A DNA stretch of 64,000 bases from Clostridiales bacterium (GTDB lineage Bacteria > Bacillota > Clostridia > Monoglobales > JAIRYP01), in contig JAIRYP010000011.1 of the NCBI GenBank assembly GCA_031267755.1, positions 761-64,760 of the forward strand, given 5' to 3'. Below are positions 39,484-48,398 of this stretch, piece after piece. Both the position numbers and the translations under genes were made by a program. Every line of letters starts with the position of its first letter. Position 1 is the first letter of the stretch. The notes below the pieces were generated by a model. That model worked only from the letters and a program-made list of their open reading frames with translations, ran no database searches and had not been told where the DNA came from.

Positions 39484-41025
39484 TTAATGTTTAAAATGTC
39501 TAATTCCAGTAAAAATCATAGAAACACCATTTTCGTCACATACTTTTATAGAATCAGAATCCTTAATTGAACCACCTGGTTGAATTATCGCAGTTATCCC
39601 GTTTGCAATAGCAAGTTTAGCGCAATCAGAAAATGGAAAAAAAGCATCAGAAGCCATAACGGAATTTTTTGTTTTATCTTTCGCATTTTTCAATGCAACT
39701 TCGAGGGCAATAATTCTATTTGGCTGTCCTCCACAAATTCCAACAGTTTGTTTTGAGTTTGCAAGCACTATAGCGTTTGATTTGACATGTTTTACAATCT
39801 TCCAAGCAAATTTTAAACTTTTATATTCAAGCTCAGTAGGTTGTTTTTTCGTAACACATTTTATATTTTTCTCACATAACAACCCATCATCATAATCTTG
39901 TACTAAAATACCACCTGAAACTTTTTTAATATCAGTTTTGATTACTTGATCATCCTCATAAAAATCAGGATTAGACAACAAACGAATATTGGTTTTTTTA
40001 CTTAAAATTTCAATTGATTCTTTTGAAAAAGAAGGCGCTATAACAACTTCAACAAATATTTTACTTATTTCCTTAGCGATTGATTCATTAACTTCGCGAT
40101 TTAATGCAACAACACCACCAAAAATTGAAACTGGATCAGCATTATATGCATTTACATATGCTTCATAAATACTATGACCTATTCCAACTCCGCATGGTGA
40201 CGCATGTTTCACTATAACAACTGAAAAATCATCAAATTCTTTTAAAAGCTCTAAAGCAGAATTTGCATCATTTATATTATTAAAAGAAAGCTCTTTGCCA
40301 TGAAATTTTTCAACATTAATTAAAAAATTTTGTGAGGATATCACTTCTTTGTAAAAAGCTGCATTTTGATGAGGATTTTCTCCATATCTTAAATTTTGAA
40401 CTTTTTCAAATGTCATAGTAAAAGTTTTTTTATATTCTCTTGATTTTGTTAATTTATTAAAATATTCTAAAATTATTGAATCATAGTGTGATGTAAGTTC
40501 AAAAGCTTTACGTGCAAAATACATTTTTTTTTCTATAGAAATACAACCTGTTCTTTTTAATTCATCTGCAACGAAAAAATAATCTTCTGGATCTGTTAAA
40601 ACTATTATGTTTTGAAAATTTTTTGAGGCCGCACGAATCATTGCGGGACCCCCAATATCAATATTTTCTATTATTTCTTCATGAGTTTTATTTTTATCGT
40701 TTACGGTTTCCTTAAAAGGATATAAATTAACAACCAAAATTTCAATTTCTTTTATTTCGAGTTTATTAATTTGTTTCACATGTTCAGGATTTAACCGATC
40801 TGCAAGAATTCCAGCATAAATTTTTGGATGCAAAGTTTTAACTCTTCCGTCTAAGCATTCAGAAAATTCTGTATATTTTGAAATTTCAACTGGTTTTAAA
40901 CCATTTTTAAACAAAAATTCATATGTACCACTAGTCGATAAAATCATATACCCTAAATTTTCAATATTTTTTGAAAACTCTACAATACCACTTTTTTCAT
41001 AAACGCTTATTAAAGCTGTTTTCAT
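39484..41025 (-). CDS. purH: Bifunctional AICAR transformylase / IMP cyclohydrolase
   Basis: 513 aa. MKTALISVYEKSG...GRVKTLHPKI...GGQPNRI... Confidence 0.95.
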   Translation of the reverse strand: MKTALISVYEKSGIVEFSKNIENLGYMILSTSGTYEFLFKNGLKPVEISKYTEFSECLDGRVKTLHPKIYAGILADRLNPEHVKQINKLEIKEIEILVVNLYPFKETVNDKNKTHEEIIENIDIGGPAMIRAASKNFQNIIVLTDPEDYFFVADELKRTGCISIEKKMYFARKAFELTSHYDSIILEYFNKLTKSREYKKTFTMTFEKVQNLRYGENPHQNAAFYKEVISSQNFLINVEKFHGKELSFNNINDANSALELLKEFDDFSVVIVKHASPCGVGIGHSIYEAYVNAYNADPVSIFGGVVALNREVNESIAKEISKIFVEVVIAPSFSKESIEILSKKTNIRLLSNPDFYEDDQVIKTDIKKVSGGILVQDYDDGLLCEKNIKCVTKKQPTELEYKSLKFAWKIVKHVKSNAIVLANSKQTVGICGGQPNRIIALEVALKNAKDKTKNSVMASDAFFPFSDCAKLAIANGITAIIQPGGSIKDSDSIKVCDENGVSMIFTGIRHFKH

Positions 41026-41049
41026 TTTTTCTCCAAATATTTAATAAAA

Positions 41050-41646
41050 TTAATCTGTAAAATACCTTTCGTTTGATATTTTTTCTATCGCCATAGGCAA
41101 TATTACGTGCTCTGCCTTTTTCATTACACGTTTTTGAAGAATCGTTGGAGTATCATTTGGATTTACTTTAACTGTTTTTTGAAAAATAATTTTTCCACCA
41201 TCTATCGTGTCGTCAACATAATGAACAGTGGCGCCTGTGATTTTTACACCTCGTTTTAAAGCTTCTTCGTGTACCCTAATTCCGTACATTCCTTTACCAC
41301 AAAACGATGGAATCAAAGATGGATGAACGTTTATAATTTTTTTATCGAATTCAATCAATATTTTTTTTCCAATAATGGCTAAAAATCCTGCCATAACGAT
41401 CAAATCAACTTTGTTTTTTTTCATAATTTCGCAAATAATATCATCAAAAATTTCATCAGTATTATTTTTTTTACAAACAATTTCACTTTGTAATTTATAT
41501 TTTTTAGCTCTTTTAAGTGCGTACGCCTCTTCATTATTTGACACAACAATGGCAATTTCAGAATTTGTAATTTTTTTGTTTATAATAGCTTCAATTATAG
41601 CTTGCAAATTACTACCAAAACCCGAAACCAACACTCCAAGACGCAT
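41050..41646 (-). CDS. purN: Phosphoribosylglycinamide formyltransferase
   Basis: 198 aa. MRLGVLVSGFGSNLQAII and NVHPSLIPSFCG motifs. Confidence 0.95.
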   Translation of the reverse strand: MRLGVLVSGFGSNLQAIIEAIINKKITNSEIAIVVSNNEEAYALKRAKKYKLQSEIVCKKNNTDEIFDDIICEIMKKNKVDLIVMAGFLAIIGKKILIEFDKKIINVHPSLIPSFCGKGMYGIRVHEEALKRGVKITGATVHYVDDTIDGGKIIFQKTVKVNPNDTPTILQKRVMKKAEHVILPMAIEKISNERYFTD

Positions 41647-41659
41647 TGAACTATTTTTT

Positions 41660-42694
41660 TTAGAATATGTCGATTCCTTTTTCTCCGTTTTTTATCTCTC
41701 CTATCAAATATGCTTTTTCTCCCATATTTTGGAGAACTTCAATTGCTTTATCGGCATCAATTTTACTAACCGCAAAAACCATTCCAATACCCATATTAAA
41801 CACATTAAACATTTCTTCTTCTGTAATTTTTCCAATATTTTCAATCATTCTAAAAATTGGTGTGATCAAAAAAGTTTTTTTATCAACAACTGCCCTTAAA
41901 TCATTAGTAAGCATTCGTGGAATATTTTCAACAAAACCTCCGCCGGTAATGTGCGAAATGCCTTTAACTTCAACACATTTTATAACCTCTAACATTGATT
42001 TTATATAAATTTTAGTAGGTTTTAACAACTCTTCACTTATTGGCATTGAAAGTTCATCGCTGTACAATGAAATTTTTTCTTTAGTCGTATTATCGTTTAT
42101 ATTGAAAATTTTTCTTATTAGTGAAAAACCATTGCTATGAATTCCACTTGAACTAATGCCAATCAAAACATCTCCGCTTTTTAATTTCGAACCGTCTATT
42201 ATATTATCTTTTTCAATAACTCCAACAGAAAAACCAGCAATATCATATTCGTTTTCCTTATAAAAACCAGGCATTTCAGCGGTTTCTCCACCAACTAATG
42301 AACAATATGATTCTAAACAACCATTTGAAATTCCCTTAACGATTTCAGCGATTTTTTCAGGCTCGTTTTTCCCTATAGCTATGTAATCAAGAAAAAAAAT
42401 AGGTTTAGCGCCGCTGCATATTATATCATTAACACACATTGCAACGCAATCAATACCAACGGTATCATGTTTATCCATTATAAAAGCAATTTTAAGTTTA
42501 GTGCCAATTCCATCTGCACTTGATATTAAAACTGGATTTTTATAACTTTTACTTATTTCAAACATAGCATTAAAGCCACCAATATGAGATAAAACTCCCA
42601 AATTATTGGTCTTTTCGATATATTTTTTTATTAAATTAATCGATTTGTAACCAGCCTCAATATCAACACCAGCTTTTTTATAAACTGAGTTCAT
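41660..42694 (-). CDS. purM: Phosphoribosylformylglycinamidine cyclo-ligase (AIR synthetase)
   Basis: ORF 41660..42724. ATG 42694 lies 4 nt after GGGAGGA and gives MNSVYKKAGVDIEAG. Confidence 0.95.
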   Translation of the reverse strand: MNSVYKKAGVDIEAGYKSINLIKKYIEKTNNLGVLSHIGGFNAMFEISKSYKNPVLISSADGIGTKLKIAFIMDKHDTVGIDCVAMCVNDIICSGAKPIFFLDYIAIGKNEPEKIAEIVKGISNGCLESYCSLVGGETAEMPGFYKENEYDIAGFSVGVIEKDNIIDGSKLKSGDVLIGISSSGIHSNGFSLIRKIFNINDNTTKEKISLYSDELSMPISEELLKPTKIYIKSMLEVIKCVEVKGISHITGGGFVENIPRMLTNDLRAVVDKKTFLITPIFRMIENIGKITEEEMFNVFNMGIGMVFAVSKIDADKAIEVLQNMGEKAYLIGEIKNGEKGIDIF

Positions 42695-42909
42695 TTTTCC
42701 TCCCAAACTTAATTGTTGTCTCAAGTAAATATTTTTTAATGCAAATCCATTAATTCACGACAACTCAGAAGTATTTTTGTATAAAATGAAAACAGAACAA
42801 AACTACTCTGTTAAAAATATACGTTATATATCAAAAACGTTTTTAAAACTCATTACAAAAACAAATATTACTAAGACGCAAATCTATCTAGAATATTAAA
42901 AATTTTTTA

Positions 42910-43389
42910 TTAATTAAAATTTAAATTTTTGTCTAAAATTTTTTTTGCATCTTTTATTTTAAGATCAATTAATTTTTGCGTTATCAACTCATCATTAATT
43001 CCAAGAATTTGAACGGCCAAAATTGCAGCATTTTGTGCACCATCAATTGAAACACACGCAACCGGCACACCTTTTGGCATTTGAATTGATGAAAGTAATG
43101 AATCAAGACCATTCAAACATGACGAATTTATTGGAAGAGCAATTACCGGAAGAGTTGTATAAGAAGCTATTGCGCCTGCCAAATGAGCTGCACATCCAGC
43201 AGCTGCGATTATAACACCTATTTGGTTAAAAAATGCTTTGGTAGCAAATTCACGCACTAATTCAGGAGTTCTATGCGCTGATATTATTTTGCATTCATAA
43301 GGTATTTCAAAATCATTTAAAAAATCAATCGCTTTTTGACAAACACTTAAATCAGAATCACTACCCATTATCAACGCAATTTTTTTCAT
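42910..43389 (-). CDS. purE: PurE (5-(carboxyamino)imidazole ribonucleotide mutase / AIR carboxylase family)
   Basis: 159 aa. IMGSDSD and SAHRTPE motifs. No purK is adjacent. The class (I or II) is not determinable by eye. Confidence 0.9.
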   Translation of the reverse strand: MKKIALIMGSDSDLSVCQKAIDFLNDFEIPYECKIISAHRTPELVREFATKAFFNQIGVIIAAAGCAAHLAGAIASYTTLPVIALPINSSCLNGLDSLLSSIQMPKGVPVACVSIDGAQNAAILAVQILGINDELITQKLIDLKIKDAKKILDKNLNFN

Positions 43390-43457
43390 ATTATTCCTTT
43401 ATTCATAATTTGAAAAATTATTGTATAATTTCGTATTTCAAAGGTTATTTTATAACA

Positions 43458-46400
43458 TTATCTAAAATATTTTACGCCGCTTTCAAAAATTTTTTGATCA
43501 CTATTTCCAGGCACGTTTTTATGAATATCTTTTCCAACTCTTTCAGAATGCCCCATCTTTCCAAGAATTCTTCCATCTTCGCTAGTAAGCGCTTCTAAAG
43601 CATACATTGAACCATTCGGATTATATGGAAATTCAAGTGTTGCGTTGCCATTCAAATCCACATATTGTGAAGCAATTTGACCATTTTTTTCAAGAATTTT
43701 CATCATTTGTTCGCTCGCTATAAACCTACCTTCGCTATGTGAAATAGCTATGGTATGCACGTCACCCAAACAAACCTCGGAAAACCAAGGAGATTTTATA
43801 GAAGTTATCTTAACATTTACTATTCTAGACATATGATGGCCTATTTTATTAAACATAAGCATCGGCGAATCTTCATCTATTTTTCTAATTTCACCAAAAG
43901 GAAGCAATCCAAGCCTAATCAAGGCTTGAAATCCATTGCATATACCAAGAACTAAACCATTTCGTTTATATAAAAAATCTATTACCGCTTCTCTAATTTT
44001 ACAATTCCTAAAAATTGTATCAATAAATTTTCCGCTCCCGTCTGGTTCATCTCCACCACTAAACCCTCCTGGAATTGTTAAAATTTGAGCACTTTTTATA
44101 GCTAAAACAAACTCTTCAATTGATTCTGCTATATGATTTTTTTTAATATTTCTAAACACTGAACTTTTACATATCGCTCCAACTTTTTCAAAATTTCTAA
44201 TTGTTTCGAATTCGCAATTAGTTCCTGGGAAAATTGGAATAAAAACCATAGGTTTTGCAAAATTTAGATAAGAATGACATTTAATGTTTTTTTTACCAAA
44301 TGAAACATTTTTAACTAAATCAAATTTTTTTTCTTCTACAAATAATTTTTCATGTTCAAAAACTTTTTCTAATTGTTTTTTCCATACATTAATAATTTCA
44401 TCAATTTTTAAAAATTCTTCTTCAAACTCTTGATTAAAAAAATAAATTTTAGGTTCAGTTGTTGTTTTCCCTAAAATTATTCCGTTTAAATTATTGGGTA
44501 CATCAATTATATCTGTCTCAAATATTATACTTCCAGGCAACATTCTAAATAATTCTTCATTTGAAAAACTAATTTTTTTAGAAAATTTAAAACCAACTTT
44601 ATTTCCAAAACTCATTTTACAAATAGCTTCAACAATTCCTCCACTTTCAACAGAATAACTAGAATAAACTTTTTTTTCTTCAAGAATTTTTTCAAAACCA
44701 ATATAATTTTTTTTCAAACTTTCGAAATCAATATCACCATTTTTTTCGTACTCAGGTAATAAAAGAAACACAAAATGACCGGCTTCTTTAAAATCAGAAG
44801 ACACCGACTTACGAGCACTTAATGATCCAACAGCAAAAGATACAAATGTTGGTGGAACATGCATTTCACCGTAACTTCCGGACATGCTATCCTTTCCACA
44901 AATTGATGGAATTTCAAGTTTTTTTTGTGTGTAAAAACATCCAAGAAGAGCTGCAAAAACCATTCCCCATTTTTTTGGATTTTTGTCAAGTTTTTCAAAA
45001 TACTCTTGAAATGAAAAATAAATTTTTCTAAAATCACATCCCACAGCAACCAATTTAGCAACAGATTCTACTATTGAATATACTGAAGCTAAAAATGGAT
45101 TTTTTATAGCTATGTCAGGATTACACCCAAAAGAAACCGCAGTTGCAAAATCTGTTTCCTCATCTTGCATCGGAAGTTTTGATACCATGGTTTGTTGTGG
45201 CGTTAACTGATATTTACCACCATAAGGTACAAAAACCGAATTTCCTCCAACTGTACTATCAAATTTACTTGAAAGTGATAACTGAGAAGCAAGATTAATA
45301 TCGCTCATATGTTTTAAAATTTCACTTTTTAAATTTTTTATGACACATTTGTTTAAAATTCCATTTGAAAATTCATAGTCTTCGACGGTAATTTTTTGGT
45401 ATTTTTTACATCCAGAAGAATCTAAAAATTTTCGATGAATATCGACCACAGCATTGCCATTCCAAATCATACGCATACGATTATCACGTATGACATCTGC
45501 AACAATTGTCGATTTTAAATTTTCTTTTTCACATTCTTTTATGAAATTTTGAGCATCAACTCTTGAAACAACAACTGCCATTCTCTCTTGCGATTCCGAA
45601 ATTGCAAGTTGTAAACCACTAATATTTTCATATTTTTTAGGAACATTATCAAGGTTTATTAAAATACCATCAGCAAGCTCGCCAATTGCAACACAAATTC
45701 CACCAGCTCCAAAATCGTTACATTTCTTTATAAGTTTTGTTACATCTTTTTTTCGAAACAATCTTTGAATTTTTCTTTCTTCTAAAGGATTTCCTTTTTG
45801 AACCTGTGATGCACATTTTTCCACCGTTTCCACGTCGTGAGATCTTGATGAACCCGTCGCTCCTCCACAACCATCAATTCCAGTGTTTCCGCCAATTAAA
45901 ATCACAACATCAATTTCATCAGGTTTTTTACTAAAAACATTTTCTTTTAGTACTGCACCGATTACAAAACCACACTCAAAACGTTTTGCAACATAACCTT
46001 TATTATAAATTTCATGCACAAATCCAGTCGCCACACCAATTTGATTTCCATAAGAACTATAACCGCTTGCCGCGCCTGTTGTAATTTTTTTTTGGCTAAG
46101 TTTTCCAGAAATTACCTGATTGCTTACAGGATTTCCACAACCACTTATTCGCATCGATTGATAAACATATGCTCTAGCAGATAAGGGATCTCTTATAACG
46201 CCACCTAAACATGTAGCAGCACCTCCGAATGGTTCAATTTCAGTCGGATGATTATGGGTCTCATTTTTAAACATGATAATCCATTTTTTAATTTCATTGT
46301 ATTCATTAGGAACATCCACTATAAAACCTGCGGCGTTTATTTCGCATGATTCGTCTAAATTTTTAAGTTTTCCATTTTTTTTAAGTTTTTTTGCGTATAT

Positions 46401-47234
46401 TGTTGCTAAATCCATAAAAGTAATTTTTTTATCTTCTGAATTATAAACTTCTACTCTTGTTTTTAAATAATCCTCATACACACATTTTAAAAATTCATTT
46501 TTAATTTCTATATCATTCAATATTGTATTAAATGTTGTATGTCTACAATGATCAGACCAATATGTATCAATTATTTTCAATTCAGTTTCAGTTGGATTTC
46601 TTTTTTCTACATTTTTAAAATAATTTTGGCAAAACTTCAAATCTTTTATATCCAAAGTGAGTTTTTGTTCATTTGAAAATTTTACCAATTCTTCTTCATT
46701 CATAAAAACGAAATTATCAATATTTTTAATAATTTTTTCATCTGCAAAACCTTCGTAAAACTTTATCTGTTTTTCATAATCAATTACTTCGTATTCAATC
46801 GGATTAACTATATACTTTTCAATTTTTTTTAAGTCTTGATTTGAAATATCGCCATCAAAAATAATCATCTTAGAAGTTTTAACTAAATAATTTTTATTGT
46901 AATAAGAAGATTTTCCAAATTTTAATATTCGCAAACATTCTTTGGCACTCTCAGCAGTTTGATCATAAAGCCCATTTTTAAGGCTTATGATCAAAAACTT
47001 TCCCTTTATTTTAGGTTCTTCTTCGTATATAACATCAGAATTGGGGCTTGAAAATATGCTGTATTTTGCAACTTCATATTCTTCTTCATCAATATTTTTT
47101 ATATCATAAATTCTAATTACCCTTACAGACATAAGATTTTTAACATCTGTATTTTCTTGGATTTCGTTCAATATCAATAAACTTTCAAAATCATATTCCT
47201 TTTTTTTTTCAACAAACAAACGCTTGGTAGCCAC
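43458..47234 (-). CDS. purL: Phosphoribosylformylglycinamidine synthase, single-chain large form (PurS-PurL-PurQ fusion)
   Basis: 1258 aa. GTG start after AAAGAAAGG. C-terminal glutaminase (GICNGFQAL) and central AIRS-like domains. Confidence 0.95.
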   Translation of the reverse strand: MATKRLFVEKKKEYDFESLLILNEIQENTDVKNLMSVRVIRIYDIKNIDEEEYEVAKYSIFSSPNSDVIYEEEPKIKGKFLIISLKNGLYDQTAESAKECLRILKFGKSSYYNKNYLVKTSKMIIFDGDISNQDLKKIEKYIVNPIEYEVIDYEKQIKFYEGFADEKIIKNIDNFVFMNEEELVKFSNEQKLTLDIKDLKFCQNYFKNVEKRNPTETELKIIDTYWSDHCRHTTFNTILNDIEIKNEFLKCVYEDYLKTRVEVYNSEDKKITFMDLATIYAKKLKKNGKLKNLDESCEINAAGFIVDVPNEYNEIKKWIIMFKNETHNHPTEIEPFGGAATCLGGVIRDPLSARAYVYQSMRISGCGNPVSNQVISGKLSQKKITTGAASGYSSYGNQIGVATGFVHEIYNKGYVAKRFECGFVIGAVLKENVFSKKPDEIDVVILIGGNTGIDGCGGATGSSRSHDVETVEKCASQVQKGNPLEERKIQRLFRKKDVTKLIKKCNDFGAGGICVAIGELADGILINLDNVPKKYENISGLQLAISESQERMAVVVSRVDAQNFIKECEKENLKSTIVADVIRDNRMRMIWNGNAVVDIHRKFLDSSGCKKYQKITVEDYEFSNGILNKCVIKNLKSEILKHMSDINLASQLSLSSKFDSTVGGNSVFVPYGGKYQLTPQQTMVSKLPMQDEETDFATAVSFGCNPDIAIKNPFLASVYSIVESVAKLVAVGCDFRKIYFSFQEYFEKLDKNPKKWGMVFAALLGCFYTQKKLEIPSICGKDSMSGSYGEMHVPPTFVSFAVGSLSARKSVSSDFKEAGHFVFLLLPEYEKNGDIDFESLKKNYIGFEKILEEKKVYSSYSVESGGIVEAICKMSFGNKVGFKFSKKISFSNEELFRMLPGSIIFETDIIDVPNNLNGIILGKTTTEPKIYFFNQEFEEEFLKIDEIINVWKKQLEKVFEHEKLFVEEKKFDLVKNVSFGKKNIKCHSYLNFAKPMVFIPIFPGTNCEFETIRNFEKVGAICKSSVFRNIKKNHIAESIEEFVLAIKSAQILTIPGGFSGGDEPDGSGKFIDTIFRNCKIREAVIDFLYKRNGLVLGICNGFQALIRLGLLPFGEIRKIDEDSPMLMFNKIGHHMSRIVNVKITSIKSPWFSEVCLGDVHTIAISHSEGRFIASEQMMKILEKNGQIASQYVDLNGNATLEFPYNPNGSMYALEALTSEDGRILGKMGHSERVGKDIHKNVPGNSDQKIFESGVKYFR

Positions 47235-47442
47235 GAAAAACCTTTCTTTACATCTTCATGATTCATATAAAATAATATTAAAAATTATAAAAAATCAAAA
47301 ATTTTTATTAATGAAGTTTAAAAAACAAAAACTTATAATTAAATTTTATTTCTCTAAATAACTTTTCAATAAATACTTACCATACACCAAAACTTAATAT
47401 CTATGTTTAATATAAACAAACATGATTATTCATTATTAAACA

Positions 47443-47841
47443 TCAATATTTTTCAAATAAAACTGGGATAACTTCCCAATTTTTGCCATCATTAAACAAA
47501 AAAACAGAAGCAAGAATTTTAATTTCATTTGGCGTATTAATAATAACTTTAACTTCGTAAAAATTATCTATTTCTCTTGTTTCTATACCTTTAGTTAAAT
47601 TGAAATATTCAATTTTTATAATTTTATTTGATTTAGAAACAATTTTTTTAACATTATTAACTAAAATCTCAACATCATGATCGGGAGAAAGAACTATTAA
47701 CTCTTTTTCTTCAAATCTAGCATAAGCTTCTGGGTTTGCAGACACCTGAGTAAAATTATACAATGCATTAACCAGAAATAAAATAAAAACAAACATTACA
47801 AAAGAAAACGAACGTTTAAAACACTTCCTAATTTTTATCAC
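47443..47841 (-). CDS. Hypothetical secreted protein, paralog of the upstream ORF
   Basis: 132 aa. GTG start 8 nt after GAAGGGA, inside the 3' end of the upstream ORF (14-nt overlap). N-terminal signal/TM segment. Colinear similarity to the 47828..48292 product. Confidence 0.6.
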   Translation of the reverse strand: MIKIRKCFKRSFSFVMFVFILFLVNALYNFTQVSANPEAYARFEEKELIVLSPDHDVEILVNNVKKIVSKSNKIIKIEYFNLTKGIETREIDNFYEVKVIINTPNEIKILASVFLFNDGKNWEVIPVLFEKY

Positions 47842-48292
47842 AAAATTTTTCCCTTCTATGTGATTTCTTATGCAACTCTTTGTGCTGACTTTTATGCGAT
47901 TTATTATGTGATCCTTTTTGTGGTTTAGATTGAGAAATTACTTGAATATTCCATTTTTCATTATCTTTAGTTAAATTTGCTTCAGCAAAAATTTCTTCAC
48001 ATGAAGAAGTCTCAAAAACAACTTTAACATTAAAAACATTTCCGCTCAATCCTTCTGTTAATGTATTATAAACAAAAATTTGAGGACATTTAGAACATTT
48101 AACTTCTTTAACGCAAGAATCATTTACGACAATCTTAAAGTCACGACACGCCGAAAACACCTTTAATTCATTATCTTCAAAATGTGCAAAAACTCGACAT
48201 TTTGATTTAGACTCAAAACTAAAAGCACTGACCAAAAACACAGCACTGACTAAAAACACAAACAAAAACAAATAACTAAAAACTTTTTTCAT
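47828..48292 (-). CDS. Hypothetical secreted Cys-rich protein with His/Lys-rich tail
   Basis: 154 aa. SD AAAGGAG upstream of the ATG. Signal peptide with a duplicated VFLVSA unit, 8 Cys in the body, and the tail KGSHNKSHKSQHKELHKKSHRREK. Confidence 0.65.
   Translation of the reverse strand: MKKVFSYLFLFVFLVSAVFLVSAFSFESKSKCRVFAHFEDNELKVFSACRDFKIVVNDSCVKEVKCSKCPQIFVYNTLTEGLSGNVFNVKVVFETSSCEEIFAEANLTKDNEKWNIQVISQSKPQKGSHNKSHKSQHKELHKKSHRREKFCDKN
48224..48259. repeat. 18-bp tandem duplication (one mismatch) inside the signal-peptide coding region
   Basis: AGCACTGACCAAAAACAC (48224-48241) followed by AGCACTGACTAAAAACAC (48242-48259). Encodes VFLVSA-VFLVSA on the minus strand. Confidence 0.85.
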
Positions 48293-48398
48293 ATTTTTTA
48301 TTACTCCTTTTTTATATTTTTTAAAAATTATAAATTAGTAACGCTTTTTTAATTTTAAATTAAAAATTTAATTTGTCAACCTTTAAAATAATAAATTT

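Noticed and set aside
41375-41899. 174-aa plus-strand ORF spanning the purN/purM junction, and similar antisense ORFs at 55521-55988, 23576-23932 and 60033-60449
   Set aside because: All lie antisense to well-supported genes, lack SD sequences and have Phe/Ile/Ser-rich composition.
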